Positions 11,101 to 22,265 of a DNA stretch of 64,000 nucleotides are shown here, piece after piece. The position numbers and the translations under genes are program-made. The stretch covers positions 10,701,571 through 10,765,570 of the forward strand of contig CM119266.1 in assembly GCA_051294375.1 (NCBI GenBank), written 5' to 3'. The notes under the pieces are model-generated. The model was not told the origin of the DNA. It did no database searches and worked only from the letters and a program-made list of their open reading frames with translations. Numbering within the stretch: position 1 is the stretch's first letter; every line of letters begins with the position of its first letter. Source of the DNA: Paraspadella gotoi (lineage: Eukaryota; Animalia; Chaetognatha).

Positions 11101-14100
11101 TTCAAATATTGCATTGTAACTCTACTGGTTTCTGACTAAAAGAAGCATAGGACAGGCTTCGCTCAGCAGTAAATCGTGAGCCGAATCCATCGACACGAAA
11201 TAAAAATTAATGATACGTGACCTACCAATCATATACCGTATGATACAAAAATCATTTACGTTTTTGAAATGTTCAAAATATTGGTTAAAATGGGTTTAGA
11301 ACATGTTTAAAATGCTTTCCGAACATGATGGGACAAACTTGGCATCGCTAAAGTTTCAGAGTAAGAATGATTTATTCTTCAACAAGGTTATAAACAATAA
11401 CAGTCAAAAATGCTCAGATTCTAAGTCTATTACAATGGTATTTACAAGGTCAACGTTTGACCATAAAGAGAAAACGATCGAGGGTAAGTTTGGTAAGGTC
11501 AATTGGTTTGACCGAGTTTGCGTATCTTAGTTGTTCGTCCACAATATCATCAAATGATTTTTTTTTAAAAGATGATTCGATTTTTCACCCAAACTAAGTT
11601 TTTATACCACAAATGAACTTGATTTCTGTTGCAAGACCTCTTCAGTAATAAATTACTAAAAATATAAATTTAAATATGTGATAGGTTGGAACATCAGAAC
11701 GTTACTCCTCTCCCCTTGAGCTGATTCTTTTGGTAAAAAAATTGATGCAGTTTATGGTGAGCTGTATTGTTTATTATATAATGATAAAACTACCTCAGCT
11801 GTTTTTCATAAGTTTTTAGGATAAACTTGCCAATAATGGTTAGCTTATACGGATCATTAATTCATTATGGCAACGGGGAGACATGTGATGCCCGGGGTGT
11901 GAGGCATCTCTCGACAGCCGGCGCTCAGGGCTTTGGACCTGCAGAACCCGGAACTCACGATTGGTGAATGATCACTTAGCTGACCAAGCCAATGGGATGA
12001 GCTGAGTTTCACCAAGCTATAGGTATGGGTAGCCCCACACAATGGGGTGAGTCAAAAATTTAGAATGAGCAAATACTCAAACGAAAATTTAATCATTTTT
12101 AAATATACTTTCAATGGACAAAAAAAATTGATGCAGTTTATGGTGAGCTGTATTGTTTATTATATAATGATAAAACTACCTCAGCTGTTTTTCATAAGTT
12201 TTTAGGATAAACTTGCCAATAATGGTTAGCTTATACGGATCATTAATTCATTATGGCAACGGGGAGACATGTGATGCCCGGGGTGTGAGGCATCTCTCGA
12301 CAGCCGGCGCTCAGGGCTTTGGACCTGCAGAACCCGGAACTCACGATTGGTGAATGATCACTTAGCTGACCAAGCCAATGGGATGAGCTGAGTTTCACCA
12401 AGCTATAGGTATGGGTAGCCCCACACAATGGGGTGAGTCAAAAATTTAGAATGAGCAAATACTCAAACGAAAATTTAATCATTTTTAAATATACTTTCAA
12501 TGGACAAAAAAATTCTTATATGGCTCTATACCAAATAATTAATTTAACTTTAATCTTGAAGTCTACTTTCAGGTAAAAAAAAATTGATTTTAATGCTTTT
12601 ATTGTTGCTATCAAAATTATAATATTACTATCACGGTTCCTTTTTACATCGATTTACTCGGCATGGAGTGCACAAGAATGAGATGTCCCGGGATACGTTT
12701 CCGGACCTTTGGGCTACACAAAAAAAGGGTAATCAAATTTTTCCTAATGACAGTTTTTTTATAAATTAATATTAAAATTAGCTATATAAAATCAATAAAG
12801 TAGAATAAAAAAAATTTAAAAATGGTTTAAATTTTTAAAAAAATAAAAATATCATGCATCATCCATAATCTATGAACAATTTACTTTCGTTTGAGTCCAT
12901 AACCATTATTCTATCTTTAATAGTTTATTTGTAATTAATTTTTCTTTATTAAAATATTATTTTAATTTTTTTTCAAATAATTTAAATTAAAAAAATTATA
13001 ACTATGCCAAATGATTGAAGAAAAATTTTATATTATAAGGGACTTACCTACCTAATATAGGCCTTCAAATACATATATAGTAAGTTTATTATGATGATGT
13101 TTTGACATAGAAAATAAATAATTTATAAAATTAAATATATGAAAAAAATTTTAACTTTGAATTTTTTTTTAGCATAATAAACATAATTATTAATTAATTG
13201 TTCAGGATACTTTTAATAGCTACTGGTCAGTTGTATCATTCTCAATTATAATAATTTTATAACTTCTTTATTTTTAATAATACTGACTGCTATATTTACT
13301 TACTTTTGACAAAATCCAAAAATTACTGATATTAAAAATTATGTATGAAACAGACAAAAACTTTTTTTAAAATCACATGCTATTTAATTGTTTGAACTGA
13401 TATAATATTATCCTTGGACAAAATTTAAAAAGTTTTAAACAATCCCAACTAGACATTTTTAAGGCCAAAAGTTAGGTTGTTTAAAAAAAACTGCAAGATG
13501 CAAAAAAGTAATAAAAAAAGTTATTTTCTTGAATATCTTTTGAAAAAAAAGAGGTAGCAAGGTGGGTGTGGTATCAAATTAAAGCCCTAATCATGGGACA
13601 TATTTCTAGAACAGTTTTGTTAAATTTTATCCATAAATCTTTACACAGTTTTTATTTAAATACGAGTTAAAAGTATAACAGTTTTTTGCATTACAAATTT
13701 CAATGAAGGCATATAAAATTTTTTGTTTTTCTTTTGTAAATTAAAAGAGGAAAGTCTGAATTACATTTTAATTACCATTAAATTTTCTCTACTTTATAAA
13801 TTTGCTTGTATTTTTCAGTTAAAGTAAAAAACAAGCAAAAAATTTGTAGTAGCTTGATAAAATGTTTTTTTAAATATAAAAAATGATAAATAATAAAATG
13901 TTTTCAGCTTGATATAAACAGTCTGGACGTCTACCTTCTTGTCTGTGAAAAAAAAATAATCATTTTTCATTATCTTTAACTGCAAAGAAAAAGCTTGATA
14001 TACTGCTTGTTTATCATAATAAAATTTTTAAAAATTACTTAACTGCTGACATATTTGACAAAGCAAGACATCATTGTGTTGAATTGTATTGATAATTTTC

Positions 14101-17100
14101 TTTTAAATATAACAACCTTTATAAAGGAATTTAATTCTATTATTTATCATCCATTTTAATTAAGAAAAAAAAATTCGCGAAAAGGGTTCATTGACTGACT
14201 TAATGATTGCATTTTTTAAGGTTTCTTTACTGCCCCCATTACGCAAGACATAAAAGGTCATTATCATGTCACTATGTACAGATTTTCTCTACCCTTTATG
14301 CCACCTGAATTCTGAATTTTCTTTTTTTCCCTTTCAAATGTATTAAATTAAAAAAATTATAGGAGAGAACGATCAGCATGGAGGATACCGTTGGTAAGCC
14401 TTAGTTACCCCACTTCCCGATCAAATTTTTAAACAAGGTTTTTTTCATCTATTCTAGACATAAATCTAACTATTGGTACTATTTATTTTTAATTTTTTAC
14501 ATTCTCTTTCGCGTAATCAAAAAAACGTTTTGCGTGTCAAAAAAATTATAGAAAAAAAAGTAAAACGTTTCAAAAATTAAAAAATCTATAGAGGAATCTA
14601 CTATACTTAACAAATATACTGATGTTAATATGTGTTAGAACTTTGATGCCCACTCCAAATAAAAAAACTGTTAAATATACTGCTTTTCTGTCATATTAAA
14701 AGAGGCTACTGAATTAAGTTAAAACCTACAAAGCAGTCCGAATATCAAATATTTATACATTTGACAACCTTAAAAATGTCTAGTTGGGATTGTTTAAAAC
14801 TTTTTAAATTTTGTCCAAGGATAATATTATATCAGTTCAAACAATTAAATAGCATGTGATTTAAAAAAAAATTTTCGTCTGTTTCATACATAATTTTTAA
14901 TACCAGTAATTTTTGGATTTTGTCAAAAGTAAGTAAATATAGCAGTCAGTATTACTAAAAATAAAAAAAGTTATAAAATTATTATAATTGAGAATGATAC
15001 AACTGACCAGTAGCTATTAAAAGCATCATGAACAATTAATTAATAATTATGTTTATTATGCTAAAAAAAAATTCAAAGTTAAAATTTTTTCATATATTTA
15101 ATTTTATAAATTATTTATTTTCTATGTCAAAACATCATTATAATAAACTTACTATATATGTATTTGAAGGCCTATATTAGGTAGGTAAGTCCCTTATAAT
15201 ATAAAATTTTTCTTCAATCATTTGGCATAGTTATAATTTTTTTTAATTTAAATTATTTGAAAAAAAATTAAAATAATATTTTAATAAAGAAAAATTAATT
15301 ACAAATAAACTATTAAAGATAGAATAATGGTTATGGACTCAAACGAAAGAAAATTGTTCATAGATTATGGATGATGCATGATATTTTCATTTTTAAAAAA
15401 ATTTAAACCATTTTTAAATTTTTTTTATTCTACTTTATTGATTTTATATAGCTAATTTTAATATTAATTTATAAAAAAACTGTCATTAGGAAAAATTTGA
15501 TTACCCTTTTTTTGTGTAGCCCAAAGGTCCGGAAACGTATCCCGGGACATCTCATTCTTGTGCACTCCATGCCGAGTAAATCGATGTAAAAAGGAACCGT
15601 GATACTATATAATGATAAATTATGGCCAAAATCATGATTCTTTGATTTGGTTAAGCAAATTTTCTAAAATTGTTTGCCTAAAGGCTGGAGACAGTTTTTG
15701 GACCTAGTAGGAGTCAATAAAGCCCAAAATAATTATACTAATAATCTTAGATATTGAATTAAAAATTATTCATTCCGCTTGATCTTAAAGAAATTCGACG
15801 AGCCATCAATTAACGATTTTGACATCTTTGCAAAGAAAATGATTTCAAGGCGTTAATAAAGATCAATGTAAATAAAATTTATATAGAAAAAAGTCAAGCA
15901 TTTTTCTATCTAATAAAAAGGTTTGGCAGATTGTTTTTCTCGAAGCAGTAAACCATGGCGAGGATTTCTTTCGAGTCTGTAGATTTGGCTCACGTATAGG
16001 CGTAGTGAAAGTTACATGCGAAAATTCTAAATGTCAATTATGAACAACATACCATCAGTGAATATTAATTTGTAAAAAAAAAATTTTATCTTTTTTAATT
16101 TTCGCAGGCTATATTTATATGAAATTGGTACAACCAATATAAAAATTATCCATTCATTTAATAAATAAGCTATCTTGCCCCTGACTTTGGACAGGCTTTG
16201 GTGGTTTAAGGTTTAATACTATCCTTATAAAATAGAAAAATTTCAAAATGAGCTTTTCTTAATTTTGATTGCAGATTTGAATTCCTCGTCAAAAGTTGAT
16301 AAAAGAAAATATAAATCATTTTTAAAAATTATTTCATTAAGTGGGTTAAAAATTAAAAAAACTATATTTAATATATAAAAAGTTAATTTTCAACTTAAAA
16401 TAGAGCTTTTTCTAATTTTTGACCCACTTAATGAAGGAATTTTTAAAAAAGAGTTATATTTCTTTCTATCAACTTTTTATGACAAATCCAAATCTGCAAA
16501 ATAATCTTAGAAAAAACTGTTTTGAAATTTTAATATTTATTGGATTAGTACTAGTATAAATATGGCCTACTGCGTAAATTGTAAAATTTATTATAAATTT
16601 TTTTATTACATAAATGTTTATTAGTATAATGTTGTTCGTTCTTCACTTTTAGAATTTTAATTAAAGTTAAATTTAGAAATTTTACTACGCTTTCGGAAGG
16701 CTAATGGTCCAGTAAATGTCTGGCGCAACTGAGTGATAAGTTATAGTAGCCGTAACAGCATCTTATAATTCTCCAAACTCACCTCTGCTGAATTGACAAT
16801 TAGGACCGTAAAACAATTCTGTGCAATAGCAATTCGGTTTTTGGTTCCTAAAAAATTATTACCTTAATTAGACACATTGGAATCCGCTAAAAATTCATGT
16901 ATAATGACGGAAAAGGTGTCATTCTGTTCGTTTTTTCACGCTTTACAAGTTAAAAGTAGTTTTGATTAGTTTTAACAAATTTCTCGCCCTAGCCAGAGTC
17001 GCTGAAGTGCCATTGACGTCAAATTCACTATTTGCCATATTAAAAGCGGGAAAATGAAAGAATTCACACTTTTAATTCAAAAAGCTTTAAATTATATCAA

Positions 17101-17869
17101 TTTTTTTTTTAAATAATTCATTGCTATTTAGATAGTTTTTTATTTGTTATATTCTTCATGCATGCATTATCTAATTCATCTTTAATTTTGTTCTTGTTTG
17201 ATAAACTAGACTCTCAGACGAAAATTAAAGCTTCTCGAAATAACTTTCAACAATTGTTATGACACGAACACAACTGACCACAAATAGCATGTTCCGTCAT
17301 TTAAGCAAGTTTTGTTATTATGATAATTGCAAGGCTCATATGGCAGCGGTAGTCCACAGTCATATCCACCGTATTCTCCATGAAGACAAGCAAAGCATTG
17401 CCCGAAACTTTCATCATATGGATCGGTGTTGCATACTCCGTAGTGCATACAATCGACATTCGGCTGTAAATTACTTTTAGTAAATTATTAAACTTTTAAA
17501 AAAAATGTCTTAAATGTCGAATTACCTTAGTACAATCGAATGTCACATTTGTCGCAGGTGGTGGAGGAGTTGTATGATGGTGGTGGTCATCGTCATACTC
17601 ATAATCAATCAATGACTTTTGATAAGACTTATGATAGTATTCATGAGAGTTATGTTTTTGCCCATACATCGGATAAAATGAGTAAGAATATCCTATAAGA
17701 TTATGAAGCATAATTGTCGAATTTTCGGTCCTTTGTATTTAAATCATTAAACATTAAATTTAATGAGAAAATTATCATCCTTACCATTTGTAACCGCGAT
17801 AAATAGGGCAATTATAAAAAATAATATGAAGTGATCCCTTTCAAAATCCTGAAGGAGATTTTTGTTCAT
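8141..17869 (-). CDS. Type I membrane protein with signal peptide, 2 EGF-like domains, zona pellucida (ZP) module and TM helix (EGF-ZP), 17 exons, about 629 aa
   Basis: Exons (-) 17869-17785, 17692-17526, 17463-17279, 16847-16783, 11016-10946, 10877-10722, 10418-10258, 10197-10080, 10022-9917, 9642-9473, 9390-9267, 8944-8869, 8807-8719, 8648-8538, 8474-8371, 8307-8221, 8155-8141 keep frame (1890 nt). EGF: CMHYGVC..C..GYDC and CLNDGTC..CYC..FYGPNC. ZP: VECNGNNATIRV, VIIQYQPGITTAIDEVIMAKC, VPVGTPLFL, ILQDGCP, AFQFDGSNQIYFDCVVEIC. TM: GLLVMVGASLFIVGFGLVLLL. Confidence 0.88.
11734..12512. repeat. Perfect 386-bp tandem duplication with a GC-rich structured core
   Basis: Two apparently identical units (identical 61-aa ORFs at 11857 and 12243) with AAAAAAATT microhomology at the junctions. 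Confidence 0.9.
12632..15601. mobile_element. Non-autonomous DNA transposon, 2970 bp, about 830-bp TIRs, CAC...GTG termini (CMC/Chapaev/EnSpm-like)
   Basis: 12632-13464 is a near-perfect reverse complement of 14768-15601 (CACGGTTCCTTTTTACATCG.../...CGATGTAAAAAGGAACCGTG). Flanked by AT|...|AT. No internal ORF. The superfamily call is inferred from the termini only. Confidence 0.88.
15999..16690. mobile_element. Foldback MITE copy 2, with a nested fragment of another repeat family at about 16121-16215
   Basis: Reverse-complement match to 1301-1905, interrupted by GAAATTGGTACAACCAATATAAAAATTATCCATTC..., which recurs at about 21744, 35900, 40565 and, inverted, at about 63830. Confidence 0.85.
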
Positions 17870-18517
17870 GATAAAAGATTTAATTCCAATATTTCATCGC
17901 CTTATTATTCAAGGCTTTAATAAATAAAGCATTTCGTTAGTTGTGAATAAAAAAAATTGGTGTGGTTGATTTTTTCATACCATTTATTGGATTTACAATG
18001 CTCTTGTTCGCCAAAGTGAATCTTTGCCAAAAACCGGAAAACGTTTTTTTTGGTTTGAGAAGATTTTCTTTCGACATGCTTTCTTCCATCTGACCACCGC
18101 GTTATTTGGTTAAGTCGAAAAAATAAAGAGTGGTCATTGGTATCCGAGCAAGCGTAAAGATTCTTTTTTGTTAAAAATTCTTTTTTAAATAGTTTAATTC
18201 TTCGAGTTTTAGTTTTAATTTTTTGGTTATGATTTATCGATAAAATAAAAGTAAACATTACATATTAAAACGTCCAACGTGAAGGTTTTTTCTATGAAGA
18301 AAAACTAACAGCCAACTTTTTGCCAAATTTGGTTTCTTTGGTCGTGTTTTTTCTTACTCTCGCCACCTTTTCTGACACGACGAGAAAAAAAAATGGAACA
18401 AAAACTATTAATGATATTTATTAATAGTAGTCATTTAAATGATAATGTTGATTTTTATTTTCAGAGATGACATGAGTGAAGACGTGACAAATTATAGAGA
18501 TACGTTCACATGAATTT

Positions 18518-19458
18518 TTAATCAACTATTCCTTCCCCACTTACTCTCCGACGAGATTTACCCATGCTTATTCTGAGCGCCTCTTCTTCCATGGCCGCCC
18601 TTTCTTCATCAAAGTCAAACTTTCCGTATCCGTCTAGCTGCTGAGTGTCTAAATATCCACGCCACGTCACACAAACGCCGTTTAGAATCATTGGCGCTTG
18701 AATCCACGTTTTGCCGGGTTCTTTTGCTAAGTCATATACTCCGTTGGCCGAATTCCGATAGGGTCTTACCGATTCTTGTTGATTAATTATTATGTTGTTT
18801 TCTGTCTAAAAAACGTATAATTTAGGGCTTCAATTCGCAGGCAAAAAAAAATTTAGTATTTACCGATAGTTTGACGCAAGTACCGGTTGCAAGAATCGCA
18901 ATATCCAACTCTTTCCCTGCTCTACATTCCATCTGTAACAATCGTGATCTCTCATCTTGGTCAAGTTCTTTGTGCCCCAAGTATCGGACTTCACTCTCTC
19001 GGGATAACTTTTTAAAGAAATCGTCAGTATTGAACCGCTTTTTCTAAAGAAAAAAAATTAGAAAGTTGGCATGTTTTTTAAATATTTAAACATTAAGCAA
19101 TGACAATTTTTTACGTTTTAAATGTTATTATATAATTTTGTAATATCTTTCCGTCACTTTTCGTTAATAATTTATAATTGGGATTTAATATTTTTAAAGT
19201 CTTAATAAGTTAATAATAAGTTAATAATAATAATAATAATAATAATAAGAAGTTACCTGAAATACAGAAACTACATATTAAGATCACAATTAAAAATTAA
19301 ATAAAAAACATAGAAGAAATAACGAAATCAAAGATATACCATGATATAAGTTTATAACGATTATATTTTATGTTATTCGTATTACATATTTTTTTAAACA
19401 AAATTGTGAAGAAAGTACAAACGAGTAGTTTTACCTGATCTTGAACAACACGAGGCAT
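18518..19458 (-). CDS. CBFB: Core-binding factor subunit beta (Brother/Big brother ortholog), 3 exons, about 163 aa
   Basis: Exons 19458-19435, 19043-18864, 18805-18518 give MPRVVQDQKKRFNTDDFFKKLSRESEVRYLG...IAILATGT...EPGKTWIQAPMILNGVCVTWRGYLDTQQLDGYGKFDFDEERAAMEE, a clear CBF-beta match. The 3' end is uncertain: an alternative donor at 18544 could splice to about 18371. Confidence 0.95.
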
Positions 19459-20288
19459 ATTAAATAAATAAAAAAAAAATATTTTTAAAATAGTGAACAA
19501 TTTTTTTATTTAAAAAATCTGAAGATAAAATTTAAAAGAGCTTTAATCCGGTCCACGTCGAATGTTGAAATACTTTTCCTGTTAAATTGAGACGGCCTCA
19601 CCTCCGGTTCGACATGAACGATTCTAAAATTCTTTCACTTCCGGTTAAGCCTTAACTCAAGGTACAGTCATCATTTCTTTGAGCGCGAAGAGGGTGGCGC
19701 GTCCCACTACTGTCCGAACTCTTAAATTTAAAAATCAAATGATTGTTAGATTTTATTTAAATATTAGATTGCCTTGTTTAAATGTGACTTAATAATGTTC
19801 TGTTAAGCTCATATAAATACATTTTGAAATGAAATATTTGATTTAATATTTCAAAAGTATTGGAAAAGGAGCATCTGTAATGTTTACTCTCTCAAAAGAG
19901 CGGATTTTCTGTCGTTATCAAAGAGAAAATTCATATTTTTGGCTGAAAAGAAATCCTGAAAGTGACGTCATGAAGTTTTGCATGTTCTACTACTATTTGA
20001 GGTCATCGTTTCCGACAGCTGATTTTTAACCGGAAAGTTCTTTTCATTTAATTTATATTCTTATGCTTGACAGTCCCTCACCCTTGTCTACCTATGGTTA
20101 CAAGCTAACTTAATTTTGTCTCTCGTTTTCGTTCAAATTATAGAGTTAAAAATTAGTTGCTTCAAAGTTAAATCTTTATTTTATTGACAATTAGCAGAAA
20201 CTCAGCGGTGCAGAAAATTGGGGGAAGAGACGGTAGGAAAGAAAAATCTAAGACGGAAAAACGATTTTGCCATATCTTTTTGATAGTA

Positions 20289-20904
20289 TTTTTTTAGTCG
20301 GATCTGCTTATCAGCAGATTCCAACTCTATAATTCACTTTGTCGGTCCGTCGGTCCACCCCCAAAATCTTGTTGGTAAATCATTTTTATCATATCAGAAC
20401 ATCGAATTATGATAAATTATGCAAAAAAAATGTCCGTCCCCCCTTAGCATTAAACTCCAATTACTCGAGATTGGATGGATGGATTGGAATGAAATTTTGT
20501 GTTTGGGTGGGAAAGTGTGTGATTGAGTTGTTTAACTAATTGATTATGCTTCTTTTTTATATTAAATGTAAATATAACATGTATTAATTAATTAAATAAT
20601 TAATCAGTCAATTAATCAATAATTAATTAATTACTCAATCAATTAATTATTCAATTATTTAAATTTATTTATCAATTAATTAATTAATTATTTAATCAAT
20701 CAATCAATCAAGTCAATCGTCATCAGCATTATTGTCATCGTCGCTATCGTCGTCGTCGTTTCTTTTGTCGTGGTCAGTGACAAAAAGACCTAAAAAAAAA
20801 TTTCTGTTCAAATTGATTAATTAATTAATTGCCTAATTAATTAACTTGAATTAATTAATGCTAATGATCGTGGGCAGATCCGACATTATTTGCTAAAACT
20901 TGTT
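20289..20904 (+). mobile_element. Helentron-associated non-autonomous element (DINE-1/HINE-like), family A
   Basis: Starts in a T-tract; sub-terminal inverted repeats GTCGGATCTGC/GCAGATCCGAC; internal GTCC microsatellite and AT-rich tandem repeats; ends CTTGTT. Other copies at 24942, 38425 and 40267. Confidence 0.8.
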
Positions 20905-21991
20905 AATTATAAAATTAATTGCCAATTCCACAAAGCAGTTTTTCTCTACCAGTGACATTGAAAAGAAGTTTAGTTTCATAATAATACTTGGGTTCAGTCA
21001 AGAAATTTAAGTGCGAATTAATATCTTTTTCTGCTCGCACTGTTTGTTTATGAATTATTGCAACCAATGATTCTTTAAGCTTTTTTATATGAAAATTTGC
21101 AAATTACTTGTTTCACTATTTTCTACTTTTATATTTTATGAAGGATTTAGTATTTAATCTTATTATTTAATCAAATATACATTGCTTTCTTTCTTAAAAA
21201 TGTTTTATTTATCTAATAATTCAATTTGGGAAGGGGAAGTCAGTGTTGTCTTCTGGAAATAGTTTTCTAATAGATATCACACATCATTTCTGTTAGAAAG
21301 TCATTAATGAAAAATCATAATATCTAAGAGGCTGAACAGAAAGGGGTGGGAATGGATAATTTTTTGAGGGGTGACCAAAGTTATATATGATTTTTTTTAC
21401 CAATAGGGATAAGATTACCATGTAGAATTGTATGTTCTGATAGGGATACATACCGGGGAAAGGTCTATAGGGGCACCTTTATGTCATGAATATAATTTTA
21501 AAATTATATTTTTTCTTTATTCTACTTTTTAATTATTTCTTTTTTGAATATTTTTTATCTTTTATTTTTATACAATCGGAAGGTCATCAATTTTAAGGTA
21601 ATTATTTGTTTAAAATGAAATAATGAATAACTAAAAATTAATGAATAAATTACTTGATCTCTTGTGTCAGATATTGTTTTTTAATAATGCTTAAGTAAAA
21701 TTAAAATTATATATTGTTCAAAATGGTTGTGCCAATTTCCTAAAATTGATACAACAATATAATAATTATCCATTCATTTTACAAATCAGCTATTTTACCC
21801 CCGACAGTTCATATAATTGTATTCTTGTAAAATTATAAATAAAAAAAATTATCTTAATTTAAAAAACTATGAAGCCGATTATAAATTTTCGAAATTAAAT
21901 TCTTTTTTGTCATTATTCATTTACAATATTTTGAAAGTCTTTCAGATTGCTAATGATTCTATTTGAATCTTTTCTTTGTACAGCTGCGCCT

Positions 21992-22060
21992 CCTATAAAA
22001 CATGCGGGCGAGTCTCTCTGCATGCATCCTGGGATAGATTCGTCATTCCGCCATCTTGGA
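21992..22060 (+). promoter_or_regulatory. Putative EPC core promoter (TATA-like CCTATAAAA and YY1-type CCGCCATCTTGG)
   Basis: Both motifs lie about 210-270 bp upstream of the EPC ATG in a locally GC-richer patch. Confidence 0.35.
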
Positions 22061-22265
22061 TTCCGAAATGAAAGCTCCTGTCAAGGAACGAAAAAATTCA
22101 TTGTAAAACCCTTAACCCCCATTTTAACTCATAAGGAATTGAACTATTATACAATGATATCGATGAACTATTGGGTTGAGTGAAAAAATTCCTTTGGTTT
22201 CCAGTTTTTTACTGGCCAAGGGGGTTTAGTTGGCAAATGCAGCAGGGCTGCAGTCGTCACGTCCC

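Noticed and set aside
11070-11135. Possible extra EGF-ZP exon (SETSRVTMQYLKLLKKISASLL)
   Set aside because: It is open only in phase 0, while the surrounding intron is phase 1; direct 16783/11016 splicing gives a clean EGF-to-ZP junction.
11920-11945. Twister-like P4 loop CAGGTCCAAAGCCCTG on the minus strand
   Set aside because: The required UAA cleavage strand, P2 and pseudoknot partners could not be found.
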